Counted from the stretch's first letter, positions 38,837-52,239 are shown. The stretch: DNA of 64,000 bases from Octopus vulgaris (GCA_951406725.2 OX597819.1:28768001-28832000); one strand, 5' to 3'. Numbers and translations: made by a program. Notes: generated from the letters alone by a model not told the origin.

Positions 38837-39949
38837 ATGGTGATTCCGGCACATGGGCTGCTTAGGCTTAGCCCAAGTATAACTTTAGTAAAGTAAATGT
38901 GTATTTGCAAACTGATTTAATTTCTGCTAACACTGACTTCAAGCATGTAATTCCAGCCAATAACTTGGGCTCTTTTTGTTGAGCCTGGTCACAGTTCATT
39001 TATTTTTGTTTAGTATCTGGCAGTCATCTTAGAGGTGCCTTGTGTCAAAAGATATCATTCATACCGTACATTCTCTTGACATCGTTCACATGCACCTGAC
39101 TCAGACTCAGAAGTTACAGTTCAAATCATTACCTGTAATCATAAAAATTAAAAGTAATTAAAATTCAGTGTTTTTTTTTTAAACAATAAATTTCTTTAGT
39201 GATTAGGATTTAAATTCCAATCTATGAAAAGTTACCTTTCTACAATATTCTTGAACGAAAAATTATCCAGCAACTCAGGCTAATATGAATGAGTCTGGTA
39301 GGTGTAAAGAACTGACATCTTTTGTCAAGAGTACAGGCGACAGTCAGATCGGTGGTGTATGTTGTGCACTCTGCTTTCATTATTTTGATTGTGTAAAAAG
39401 AGCCAACGTGAAATTTTGTGTTAAAACTTGGGAAGTCTATTACAGAAATATCGTCTGTGTGTAAAGACCAGTTGTGTTTTGCATGGTTGCCTTATTTTTA
39501 CCCTTAACTTAGAAATGGAGAAGTTGTAGTGGTAGATATAAAAAATAAACCATTTGGGGCTAGAAATATTGTGGAAAACCATTGGTCGTTCTTTCGTTAG
39601 AAGCAGCAAACTTGCTTACCATTAAATTATCTGTGCACATATAAGTCTGTGGTCTGCATTACATTTCTTACCTTCTCTTATACATGCCTTATGTGAAATC
39701 TGTGTTGAGCCTGATTGACGCTAATGACCTGGAGCCAGCTCTGATATATATATATAGCATAAAAGTATAAATTTCACATAAAACCCACACTTTAATTGTG
39801 CTTGGCAGCTGTTTCTTTAAGGTAAATATCACCAAATGTATAATTACAAAATTGTGTTACATAATTATTTAAATTAAATTGATTTAATTTAAGTTGTATC
39901 ACAAGTACAAAAAGTATACATCTGGTAGTGTTTATCTTAATGAAACAGC

Positions 39950-41130
39950 TCTCCATCATTATTCATGGTCAGCTGCTGTATTCTCTTGTACAGTCATAGT
40001 TAGGCCAGTAGTTTCATTAAATCATTACTAGATCCTATTTGTACAATAAAATTTCAGCACTCTCTTCTATGGCTTTTACACTTTAACTCATCAGAGAGAA
40101 TGGCCTTGGGAATCCTAGTGTTTCCATGTAAATCATATGGAATTTTTGTAGGATTGACTCTATATGAGGCATATTAGCTTGCTTTAGGATCACTTGGTTG
40201 GATATATCATCTTGCAAAGAATTATCATTATAGATCATAAATGATGTCATTCATAGCTGGTCAGCTTTTTGATTTGTCAATATTAGAGTCTGTACAAAGG
40301 CACCGAGCTGGCAGAGTTGTTAGCAAGCCGGACAAAATTTTTAGTTCTGAGTTCAAATTTCGCTGAGGTTGACTTTCCTCTTCATCCTTCTGGGGTTGGT
40401 AAAATAAATACCAGTTGAATATTGGGACCAATGTAATTGGCTTATCCCCTCCATGAACTTGCTGGCATTGTATCAAAATTTAAAATCAATATTAGAATCT
40501 ATACAAAGGCAGTGAGCTCTCAGAATCATTAGCATGCCAGGCAAAATACTTAGAGGCATTTTGTCTGTCTTCATGTTCTGAGTTCAAATTCTGCAGTAGC
40601 AGTTGAGCACTAGGGTTGATCTAAATGACTTTCCCTCTTCCCTGAAATTGCTGGCCTTGTGCAAAAATTTGAAACCACTGTTAGAGTTTGGACAACTTGG
40701 TAAAAAATACAACAGACAAAATTGTACTATTGCCCCATACACTTTGCATTTTGTTGGTAGTTTTATGTTTTGATGTTTTTCATAATTCATCGAGCTTCTT
40801 GAAAGGGATCACAACAGACTGGGTGAGGCGATTCTCCTCCACGTCCATACTCTGATCATCAGAAATGGTACTATCCTGATATGTGAGCTTCTTCATCACA
40901 CTCAGAGGCTGATTTACAGTTAGTACAATTGAAGGTTCATGTTCCGGTACTCCAGGTTCAGAGTGATACATGACTTTAGTTTTTTTCTATATTAAATGAT
41001 AGACTGAAAGTTGTCACTACACATTCAGTTTGATTTGATATTTTCTAGGGAATGAACCACCAAAGCTGAGTCATCAGTGAATCTACACTGGGAGTTGGGT
41101 GAGAGCTTGATTTTGGTAAAAACTATCATT
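39950..41130 (-). mobile_element. Old RTE/BovB-like LINE remnant interrupted by SINEs at about 40300-40680
   Basis: KTKVMYHSEPG..EPSIV..KLTYQDSTISDD..NIKLPTKCKVYGAIV; QDDISNQVILKQANMPHIESILQK. Confidence 0.7.
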
Positions 41131-41139
41131 TGGATTGAC

Positions 41140-41900
41140 TGTGAACATACCATGAATTGTTATAATGCTGCACATAGTTTAAAGACTCGTCAAGGTTATT
41201 TTTTTTAAAGCACTGATCAACAGATCGATTGAAGCTGGTTGAAACTATCAAATAGAAAGACACTCCAGTAAGAAGAAAGAAATGCCTGGTGAAAAAGCCA
41301 AAGATGTATGGTTAACTGCATAAGATGAAATGATGACAATAATGAAAGAAACTATTGAATCGTCTCCATAATGAATTGGATGAAAGAGTTGTCCGTCTCC
41401 ATGACTTGGATTCAAAATTGGAATTCTTTCAGATGCAAAAGGATTACTGCTTGACTCAGATGAAAGCAACAGTATTCATAGCGTAAATATCTTAATGAAA
41501 ATTCATCTCAAGTTTGGACAGTTTTATAGAACCGGTGTAAAGAGATTTGTGCTGTTTGAAGAAATTTTGGATTGTATGATGCTTCTGAAAAGTCACTCAG
41601 ATTCATTCACATTTCCAAAAGTGAGGAACACCTAAAGTTTATTGTTCAGAATAGAGAAGAAACTTTCTTCCTAATCTGATAGTAGCTATTTAGATTGCTC
41701 ATGGTTGCTATTTCAATAGCTAATAGTGAGTAATCTTTTAACAAGTTGAAATTGATCTTATCATATTTGAGAGTTTCAATGAGCCAAGAGAAACTCCCAG
41801 CTATAGTCTTACTCAGCATTGAGCATGAGGAAGCTGAAAACAGAAATTTGATGGTATCAATAATGCATTTATATCATATAAAGTAAGAAAAGTATAGCTT
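41140..41900 (+). mobile_element. hAT transposase remnant (C-terminal dimerisation domain)
   Basis: AISIANSE*SFNKLKLILSYLRVSMSQEKLPAIVLLSIEHE (compare ERSFSKLK.IK.YLRSTM.QERL..L.IE), with MPGEKAKD upstream. Confidence 0.8.
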
Positions 41901-42002
41901 TAAATAAAGTAAGAAAAGTACAGTTTTAAATGATGTGTAAAATTACTCATAAAATATCCAAAGATATGTGAAAACTTGACATTTCTTTTAATGGCCCATA
42001 TA

Positions 42003-42560
42003 TGACAGCGATCAAAAAGTATCAAGACTGGTTCTATAGAAAGAAAACTACAACATATATCACTTTAGCTTTGGTATTTAATCTCCTTCGAAGTAGTCCC
42101 CTTCTGAAACCCACACGCTTTATCCAGAATTGTCTCCATTGGTGGAACTTCTTTTTTTGGAAGAGCAAGCAGCTCCCTTGTTGCATTCTCTTGGATTTCC
42201 TTGACATCTTGAAATCTTGTGCCTTCAAGTGGGATTTGATTTTTGCCTTGGTTTCAGAGTCATAGTCCATAGACCCACGATTCATTACCTGTTATGACAG
42301 TTTTCAAAAAGCATTTGCCTTCCTTGACACAATCAAGGAAATCTTGCATAGTTGAAACCTGATCTTCTTTTTTTAGATGACAACACTCTACACAATTTAC
42401 TTCCAAGTACTGCTATAAACAACAGAAGTGAACAGAGATGTTATAACTCAGTGTGCATGCCCAACAGACTTTAAAGTCAATCTTTGTCAGGTGGCTTCAC
42501 TATGCATACTTTAGCTCTGTTACCATAGCAACAGTTTTGATACTTTTTGATCAGACCTCG
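42003..42560 (-). mobile_element. Mariner deletion derivative
   Basis: TA-flanked TIRs containing GATCAAAAAGTATCAA.ACTG; remnants TGNESWVY..YDSETK and GDYFEGD. Confidence 0.8.
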
Positions 42561-42583
42561 TAATTATACTGATTTTATTTCAG

Positions 42584-42618
42584 TAAATGTTCAGATGGCC
42601 ATTTGTGGAGTGTGAACT
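42584..42618 (+). CDS. Candidate 35-bp exon
   Basis: TTTTATTTCAG acceptor and perfect GTAAGT donor. Frame KCSDGHLWSVN joins in phase to 43821. Confidence 0.3.
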
Positions 42619-42959
42619 GTAAGTGGATCCAGTCTGATATGGTGAAGTTTATATAGTTTTTAGCACAAAACTCTTCTCAGTACCGAATTTGTTGGGTTAC
42701 TTTACCATTATGGTGACTTTGGAAATGTTTTGTCATTGATCCTACTTTCAGATCCTGCATTCAGTTGGATGAATGAGTAAGAAGTGAGGCTTGTAATCTT
42801 GATGAGGTTGACAGTGGCTTTAGTTTCTTTGGATGTGTGTGGGAATGTAGAAGTTTGGTATAATGTGCTATGGTGATGGATTTTGGATGTAGGTAAATGT
42901 AATGAAGGCATGGATAGGTGGGGGATGTTTAGGAGTAAGGCAGATTTCAAGTTTTTGAG

Positions 42960-43560
42960 GGTTGGAAAAGTTGGGGTCAGTGTTCATTAGTTGTGTTGTA
43001 TTCGTTGTTCATACGGGCTAAGATAAATAGTTTCCCCACTTTCATTAAAGGGTGTCTATTCATTGCCAGAGTTAATGTTTTAAGCTTCTCATAGATTGCA
43101 TCTACTGACCTATCCATTGTACCTTTTAGCTTTGACTGAAATAATCTATCTTATGGAAAGATTTCTCACGCCACAATCCTTCAAGCTCCAAATGAATTTA
43201 GGCCATGAAGTTGAATTAGTTTTACTCTGTTTCTGAATGAGTCTATGTTGAAGGTGTTTCTGATGAAGCTGATGTATGTGTTCATAGATCTACTGGTGTC
43301 AGAGACATCATCTCTGTTCACTAATGCTTTCTTGAGACATTTGTTATTTAGAGGACTGTTGATGATATATCTGAAGTTACAAAGATGTTTGGATGATGCA
43401 GTCTGACTGGTTTTCTTACTCTGGTTAAAAATCTGTGATTCTATTTTACCTAGGTTACTGTAACTAACCTTCATTGTATTTCTCTTAAAATTTTTATGGT
43501 ATGTATGAAAAAGTTAAAAGAAAAAGCAAGTCTATCTATAATTGCAGCTATGTTCATGCT
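42960..43560 (-). mobile_element. Penelope-like element remnant (linker plus GIY-YIG region)
   Basis: HKNFKRNTMKVSYS..LCNFR..PLNNKCL..NST..KFIWSLKD..KAKRY..SRCNL, matching the PLE pattern HKIFNRNTVKVSYSC..CNCR..CPL..STLSK.IW.LK..RCNLC. Confidence 0.75.
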
Positions 43561-43820
43561 ATATCCTGAATTAAATCATGTGATCTTCCTTGTGTTTGCA
43601 TCTGCTTGGCATGATAGAGGTAAGTTCTATGTAGCTAATTTTCTCAATGAAGCCACTTTTTTTATAGTGCTTTATTATTATATGATGCAGCTCTATCAAG
43701 GATGATCTTGTTTGAAGATAGATTAGAAATGCTTCTGCTATTGTTACTAGTCATGTACGTTCCTCAACACTTTGATCCTTCTTATGGAATCTAAACTTTC
43801 CTACTATTTATAACGTTTAG

Positions 43821-43897
43821 GTGAATATATAGTTCCTTCTAAGCTGAATGCATCCATGGCCAGTTATCGGCTGATGCTCACCTGTACACATGCATGA
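43821..43897 (+). CDS. Candidate terminal coding exon
   Basis: TTTAG acceptor; (C)EYIVPSKLNASMASYRLMLTCTHA*, followed by T-rich, repeat-poor, UTR-like sequence. Unrecognised. Confidence 0.25.
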
Positions 43898-45311
43898 ATC
43901 AGTGTCCAGTTGACTATCAAAGTATTAATGACGCTTTTTTTTTTTTTGCTGCTGTAGTATCAAAGCTGCAGTAAAGCAGTAGTGTGTGTTATTAAGAGCA
44001 AACAATTTAAAACATTTCTTGTGCTATTTTTTCTTGAAAATATGTACTAGCCCATCTTAATTGTTGCTAAACTACCAACACTTGTGCAGCTGCTTCCCTT
44101 ATCTGAAGAGAATGTTGTGGGTGAGCAATATTTTTTTTAAAGCTTGTATTTGTTTCTCATTGGATTTTTTCCCCACAGGAATATCAAGATCAGTGAAATC
44201 TATAAGTTGTTTACATGTTTTATTCTTGCCAAATTGATCTTTTTGTTCTTCCTTTACACCAGTGACTATAAGTTTTATTTTACCTACTTACTGGAAAAAT
44301 TGAGTTACAAACCAATTGAGGACTCACTGATTACTTAACAAAACAGTGAAATAATAATTCTAACATCAACCACACATCTTGGGAGAGAAGGCTGTAGTTG
44401 ATTTTATTCACCCAGCAATTGATTGATACTTATTTTGTGGATAGAGGAAAATAATAATGACACAATAACATGGCAATTATAGTTTATATGTAGTTTTCCT
44501 TTTTCATCGATTCCATTTTGTTTCTTTTTCTCTATTTCTCAGAAACCTGACTTAATCTCAAATTGCAAGAGACACAATTATTAAGTTATTTATGAAGTTC
44601 CACTTTAGATAATATTTTACATAAGTTACATATGTACAACAAATGGTGAAACAAGTATAAAGCCCTAAGCTGAAGGCTCTCAACTTGTGTACTGCGAGAT
44701 GTAGTTGGGTGCACTGCAAAAATAACCAAATTGTATTAATATGTGAAAAATGCAAATGGAATTTCGTTTTTATAACTGTTCCATTTATTGAATAACCATT
44801 CATATCTATTGTCTAAGGGATGTAACAACTACTTTTTAATATTTTTGTCTTGATGTACAATGAGCACTAATATATTTTTATTTTCTCTAAAAGTGTATAT
44901 AAATTAAATTTGGGAACAATTGCTATGATACTGCAGACTTAATATATTTTTGTGTTTGTCAGTTGAATCTGAAGTGACCTTATGCAGACTATAGCTTTGT
45001 TTCACCATAGTCACATATTATTTAAGCTGATCTGAGATTTTGGTCCAACAAAAATTGATAGCCTGTAGAGTCACCTTTGGCTATTTAAACAGAAGTAAAA
45101 CAGTTGTCTTTTCTGGCTCTCTCTGTGGTTACTGGCGGTCGTAATATGCTGGTTTATTTTGCTCTTTCTCTCTCTTTCTCTCTCATTATTACAAATTATT
45201 CTGAATAGAAGAATTTGTAACAGTTTAAATACATGTACATTATCTGTTTTTTTTTGTTTTTTTTTTTACTAATGGCCATTTATTTGCTTGCAGACAATTA
45301 ACTCTATAACA

Positions 45312-45461
45312 CAGAGGTGGACTGAGCATTAAGGGCTCTCAGGCATAACTATTTACCAGGCCCCTTAGCATTGATGTCAGTTGAGTTAACATGTAGATTG
45401 CGGGCCCCTCAGAGCTCTGGGCTCTCAGTGCCCAATTGACTGATGGCTCAGTTCGCCCCTG
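45312..45461. mobile_element. hAT-like MITE
   Basis: Imperfect TIRs CAGAGGTGGACTGAGC / GCTCAGTTCGCCCCTG, with internal GGGCCCC motifs. Confidence 0.55.
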
Positions 45462-47726
45462 ACTTTGTAAATTAAGAAAATATTTATGTAAATCTCTGTG
45501 ATATATGATCTAGTCAACATGAGACTAACTGCACCTTTCATAGACACCTTTATGCAAACTTTGCCTTGATTGATCTTGTAAATAAAGATCTGTTACATTC
45601 CATGCTGAATTCTATGCTATCTCATATCTGTGCTCAGAAACCACGTGCTATGAAACTATTGTTGTATTATTCTACCAATAAGATCAGAAGAAGTCTATTT
45701 TTTGTTGAAATGTAAGGAATAGAAAGAAATAAGTTTATATAATTCATTCTTCTTGTTGCATCTGCAACTAATTTTCAGTTTCCTACAATCGATGACCTGA
45801 CCTTTGAACGAAATAACCATGCTTCTGATTTAGCAATCGGATCAGCCTACGTTTGGTTATTCAAATATTCTCAAGGATACATATATTTTTCTTTAATTGA
45901 ACAGATATTATATGATTGAAATATTTTCTACAATCATTTTTTAATGATCGGCCAGTCTGTTGCTTACAAACACGAACTTAAATCTATTTCCCATCTCGCT
46001 GTTTTCCACTCTGAAACCCCATTATTTACTTGATACATGAAGATAACTATACACATTTTCACAAACATTTATGTAAACTTGCCTTGATTGATCTCATAAA
46101 TCAAGGTCAGTTATATTCCATGCAAAGTTCTGTCTTTTTTCTTACCTATATTCACAAAATTTGTGTTATGTTATTATTTTTGCCTCATTATATCAACGAA
46201 GTCAGTAGAGATACGTTTTTCTGTTGGTAAAAAAAAAACCCAACAAATTTATTCATTGTTGTTATTTTCATGAATTTTCTTTTAATTTCATACAAATCCA
46301 AACAAATATCTTTACTTATTTACCAAACCCTAGCAGAGAAATACGAAATTAGAACAGAAAGTTTGCAAACTTTGTCATGCTATTTCAGTCAGTTTTATCT
46401 CCTTTATGACAAACGATTTTCGCTGTCTTTATTAAAATAAAGCAATAATATTGTTTGACAAATCACACTAAAGCGGAAAGGTTTGCCATAGAATATACAG
46501 TATCCATTATATATATAACTATTTCTAGGTATGACTTAAATCCGTTAAGTTGCACTTTTATCTAAATTCCAATTTCTCGGTTGTTACTGATAATACTAAA
46601 ATTGTTTAAAGAACTATACTACAAATAGCTGCTTTTACAGAATTATTAAATTTTATTCATGTACTTTACATGGTATATTATATAGTTTGCTTTGGGTACT
46701 TTTTAGTAAATCTACACAACCAAACGATATTCTGACGTTCAAACAACATCAAAGATTATATGATCCTTCTCGGTCAAAATCGCGATTTTCGATTGCTTGA
46801 CGTGCGTGATCTCTAGAGTTATAATGACAAAATTGCTTTGGAGTAAGACTAGAAACACTTTCTTATATAGATCCTATGTAAGTTATATGTGTTTACATGC
46901 GTGCAATGCAAGAAGGATAGAAGAAAATGACACAAAATTATCAATGTTAATAGGAAAGTATGATTTTTATGCTCTATGCATCGGCGAAATATCTAGATAT
47001 GAGTTTTTGAATGCTTTAAGAAGTTATTTGTTTCTAGTATAGAATTTACTTGTTGCATGAGTGGCCTGAAAGATTAAATGAACACGAGAGATAGGAAAAT
47101 ATGAGTAGTTTGACAAGACAATAAATTCACTTCTAACAGAAACCGATAACATACAAAATATATTGATTGCTTCTTAAATTTGGCGCAAGGCCATACATTT
47201 GTGGAAGAAAGGAAAAATGGATTTTAATATCAAGCCTTGTACACGACTGGCTGCTATCTTATTTGATCCAAGAAGGTGAATGGTAAATTCGATCTCGGTA
47301 GGATTCCAACAAACACTACTAAGTTTGAAGTCAAGTATTCTTCACAGTGAATACGTTTCCATCCTGTTTAATGTACAATTTTAGTTTCATTTAGTGTACG
47401 ACTATAATCCTGCAAAATGCCCATAAAATGGAATAAATAATTTTACTGTCATAAATAAGAGACACCTTTTTTTCAGAGAGGGAGAGAGGGGGTATACATG
47501 AAATGGTAGATAAAAAACATTGGAGTTGTGAGAGGTTATGCTTAGGAAAAAAATTGACACCTTCATATACATAAAATATATATACACATATATATACATG
47601 TATGTACATGCGTATGCACACATGTATATATATGTGTGTGTGTGTGTGTGTATGTATTATATATATATATTTTATTCTCTTATTCTCTTACTTGTTTCAG
47701 TCATTTGACTGTGGCCATGCTGGAGC

Positions 47727-47781
<55 letters not shown>

Positions 47782-47874
47782 AAAGGCGAAAGATTTATTC
47801 CCCCGGAGTAAGGAGAAACCAAATCGTGAACTTCACTCCAGAAGTTCACGACGTAATAATGATAATAATAATAA

Positions 47875-49345
47875 TGGGAAAAAGACCGACCGAAAAAAAA
47901 GAGAAGAAATATAAAATATGGAAGAGCGGGTTTGATGCAGTAATAGAGCAGTTAAAACAGAGGATCATGACAAAAAGCCAGAACAGAAGATCTGTGAATA
48001 GAAATAAGCAGTTCGAGGAGAACAGATTGTTCAAAAATAACCTGAAGCAATTCTTTTGAACGTTAGAAAGAGACAACGGGGGAAATGCTGCTCCTGATGC
48101 AAATCAAGCCAAGGAGTTCTGGAACGGTTTATGGGAGGACAATGTGGTCCATAAAAAGGATGCAATGTGGATAGAAACTATTACGACAGAATTACAAGGA
48201 GGAAAGAAACAAAGGAATATTGTCATAAGCACGCGACGTGAAAGAACAAGTGGGTAAAGTGCCTAACTGGAAAGCCCTCGGACCAGATGGGATTCATAGC
48301 TTTTGGGTGAAGAGATACCATGCGGTGCATGAAAGACTAGCAGTCCAATTGAATGAGTGTGTCCAGAAAGGTACAGTCCCCGCGTGGATGGTGACTGGAA
48401 GGACAACACTTATAATGAAAGATAGAAGAAAGGGGGAATATTGTGGGAAACTACCGTCCCATAGTATGCCTAAACATAATCTGGGAGATACTGGAATAAT
48501 TGCAGCAAAAGACATATACATTCCTGGGACAGGAAGAAATACTACCAAGGGAACAAAAAGGATGTAGGAAGAGTTCTCAGAGCATCAAAGATCACCTGGT
48601 CATCGGTAAAACAGTTTTGAGGCCTTGTAAAAAATATCATACAAACATGTTTATGGCTTGGATTGACTTTAAGAAGACATATGATACGATGCCTCGTTCT
48701 TGGATCGTTGAATGCCTGCAGATGTTTGGTATTACTGACAACATTACAAATTTTCTGATGCATAGCATAAAAAAATGGGAAACCAAATTGTATTCAAGTA
48801 ATGTATTCCTTGGAGAAGCTAATATTAAGAGGGGAATCTTCCAAGGTGACTTATTTTCTCCGTTACTATTTGTATTTGCACTAATACCCATAACAATGAC
48901 TCTTAGGAAAGTTATGATGGGTTACCGATGTGGGAAGAAAGACTCATCATTGATCCGTCTTCTGTTTATGGATGACCTGAAATTGTTTGGGAAATCTGAA
49001 AAACAGATAGATTCCTTAACCAAAACAGTCCAGAAGTGTGGTAGGGACATCGGTATGGAATTTAGGATTACCAAATGCTCAGCAATTAATATGAAAAGAG
49101 GGGAGAAAGCATCCTGCAGAGGATCGCGGTTACCATCAGGAGAGATCATGGGTGAACCCGACAGTAGTGGGTATAGATATCTAGTGATTTTAGAGTTGGA
49201 TGACATTCTACACAGAGAAATGAAAGCCAAGGCCAGCAAAGCGTATTAAAAAAGGGTGAAAATGGTGTTGAAATCCAATCTGAATGCCAAAAATTTGATT
49301 ACCGCAATGAATATTTGGGCAGTTGTGGTGGTCAGATATAGTGCA
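47875..49345 (+). mobile_element. R4/Dong-type LINE RT fragment starting at a TAA tract
   Basis: PNWKALGPDGIHSFW; EQKGC; AWIDFKKTYD; RGIFQGDLFSPLLFV; LLFMDDLKLF. ORF 48500-49249. Confidence 0.9.
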
Positions 49346-49510
49346 TTCTGTCTGTGTGTGTGTGTGTCTCTTCTCAGATCTCGGGCATCCTCCATCCGAT
49401 TGCACTCAAATTTGATATGTAGATACCGACAGTATCAGAGCGTGTATAAGTTTTGAAAAACTTACAAAAATCGATTCCAGGTGAGAATGCGATCGATAAA
49501 GCCGTTTTTG
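49346..49510 (+). mobile_element. Helitron-like non-autonomous 5' core
   Basis: (TG)n followed by CCGATTGCACTCAAATTTG, typical of Helitron-like non-autonomous cores. Confidence 0.4.
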
Positions 49511-50129
49511 TCCTGCTTTTCTTCCGTCGACCTGTACATAACTGCATCTTCCATTTTTTGTTGGTTTTTGTACTGCTTAAAAGCATGTTTCTTTCCTGCC
49601 AAGCTTACTGTTTAAACCATGTTTGTGTTCTCCCAGTCAACAGCCTTATCATTACTGGTACTTTAAACTCTTCGGTTGTATATTTGTGTGAATAAAATCG
49701 TTTTTCTTTGAAATAGAAAAAAAGTCTCTCTTTATTTCTTCTTTTGCTGGTGTCTCAAATTTAGGTTAAATCAGTGTTTCTCAAAGGAAGGGGCTATGGG
49801 ATGGTCAGACAAGTTGTTTTCAGAAAATTTGGTTTAAATGTTTGACAACTCAGCACCGTCCATTGGACGGGGGGCGTTTTGCTCATGTATACATATATAT
49901 ATGTATGTATATCTCAGGGAGGTAGTCTCCCCGAGATTGTATTTGTATTTGCTACATGATTAAGCTGTACAAAAACTCTCCTAGATTAAAATACGCAGCA
50001 ATTTAAACATAGCAGTTCAAATTTTCTTGGGCAAAGATGCGAACAAGCATCTTAACCTCAGAGATTGAGTTACTTGAATTGAAAAGCGGGGTTTCTAGTT
50101 TCAAATTACACTCAAGACATGATCAGTCT

Positions 50130-50443
50130 TGATTAATAGAACCGCCTTCAAATATTGACACTTAATTCTCTCAAACGCCACCATGAGTGCTACATCATCT
50201 ACACCTTAACACCAAATTCAGAATTCATCTAAGGTTGGGACCCCATGCCATATCTCCCCCTCTACAATTCAGGTTCACAACACAAATACACTGAAACGCA
50301 ATTCCTTTCCGCAACAAGCCCCTGTTTTATTTAACTATCCCTAAACAAATCAAAGAAGTAAAAGATCTCATCACCTTCAAACGATATCTGAACAAGTGTT
50401 TTCAGAGGATGCCATACAAGCCACTTATACCTGGATAGATCTA
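50130..50443 (+). mobile_element. CR1-like LINE 3' end, interrupted by a MITE
   Basis: LNSLKRHHECY..NSFPQQAPVLFN..PKQIK..ITFKRYLNK..PYKPLIPG; continues after 51136. Confidence 0.6.
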
Positions 50444-50451
50444 AGTTTACA

Positions 50452-51128
50452 GGATCTTTTCGGTTTGAACGGCAGTTTTTTCTAGTGGTGTCATATGAAA
50501 TTGTCACCCATAATTATGACCCTAGCATTGATATATTGCATTTCAATCTGTTTTAGGGTTAGGGTTAGGGGTGGGGGGAAGGGTATCTTTTTTTCTTCAC
50601 AAATATAAATAAACACAATCTCTTTCTTAAACGAGGGACATATTCATACAGCACAGAATGCTTTTTAACTCAATAGACGTCACTGATTGGTTGAAATTGC
50701 AGAAATTGAAGAAAAAAAAAAAACAACAAATATCTTACAAACTATAGAATTTTCTCAATAAAGCCAAGAGAAAAAATGTTTTATAAACACATTCTACCAG
50801 TATACGAAGTTTAAAATTTTAGGGTTAGGGGTGGGGGGAAGGGTATTTTTTTTTCTTCACAAATGTAAATAAACCCAGTTTGTTTCTTAAACGAGGGACA
50901 TATTCATACGGCACAGAATGCTTTTTAACTCAATAGACGCCAGTGATTGGTTGAAATTGCAGAAATTGAAGAAATTAAAGACCAAATATCTTACAAACTA
51001 TAGAATTTTCTCAATAAAGCCAAGAGAAAAATATGTTTTATAAGCACATTCTACCAGTATACGAAGTTTAAAATTTTATAGTTACCTAGAAATTATGTTA
51101 AAAACTGCCGTTCAAACCGAAAAGATCC
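50452..51128. mobile_element. Merlin-like MITE with (TTAGGG)n and an internal duplication of about 260 bp
   Basis: Perfect TIRs GGATCTTTTCGGTTTGAACGGCAGTTTTT; TSD AGTTTACA/AGTTAACA; opposite orientation to the other two copies. Confidence 0.9.
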
Positions 51129-51944
51129 AGTTAACAATAACTCCCAACATGAATGGGCCATGATACCGCGAAACTTATCTTTAAAATGACTCAGGTAGAG
51201 AAGGCCTGAGTCAATTTTTGGTCGAAAAATATCTAAGTTTATCTTATCTAGGTTTATCAAGAAGCTAGGATGGGAATTAATGTATATGCGTTGCAGAAAA
51301 TTCTCTCTACAAATCCAACAGCTAATATATATTGGCGTTAACTATTTAGTTTTCTAAATACTCAAGCGTTTAAATATTAAATGACAGAATAACAATAATC
51401 AGTACAAGTGTTTCATAATTAATAAACCTGACACAACTCAATATAACAATATCTCTTTGAATATTCGATTTCTGATTAAAATTCTTGTCAAACATGTATA
51501 CTAGAATAGTGTTTATTACCTTTCTGATCAGAATCTCATCTCACTACTTGTCGTAGCACATTGATACTTCTGCCAGTAGCACTTGAAATTGAAAGCACAA
51601 ATAATTAAATAAATAAATGGGTAAATAAATAAATAAATATATTCTAGATTAGATTCTATGAAGACAGGAAATTATTTCTACCGTATAAGTCATTTTGCCG
51701 TTGGTTAAAGACTTAGATGAAATGACAGTTACTCGAAAGAAACCATTAAATTTCCGTGTTGAAAATCTGAAATAGGCGTGAAGTTCAAGAGACAATTATT
51801 ACCCACCTGGAATGGATGAAATAATGGAAATTTTTCTACATTTATATTAAGTTTGTTCTTAATTTGGTGTGTGTTATAATCCAATTTAATACTTAATTTA
51901 AAAACGATTTCTTACATGGTTACAATTCAGATTAGGAAGTAGGA

Positions 51945-52027
<83 letters not shown>

Positions 52028-52039
52028 TTTACTTTCTGG

Positions 52040-52071
<32 letters not shown>

Positions 52072-52080
52072 AAATATTTT

Positions 52081-52239
52081 TTTATTCTTTCAGTCACTTT
52101 GACTGTGGCCATGCTGGAGCACCACCTGAACTTATAAACCTTTGTTAACCTGGTACTTATCCTATCGGGCTCTTTGCTGAACCGCTAAGTTACGGCAACG
52201 TAAACACACCAACATCGGTGGTCACGTGATGGTGGGGGA

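Noticed and set aside
39065-39132. Minus-strand exon-like segment (also 39671-39740)
   Set aside because: Splice-like signals are present but all three frames have stops, and the second overlaps a hAT-like terminus.
40780-41469. ORFs 40780-40971 and 41248-41469 as host exons
   Set aside because: The first is a decayed RTE RT segment; the second is antisense to a hAT transposase relic.
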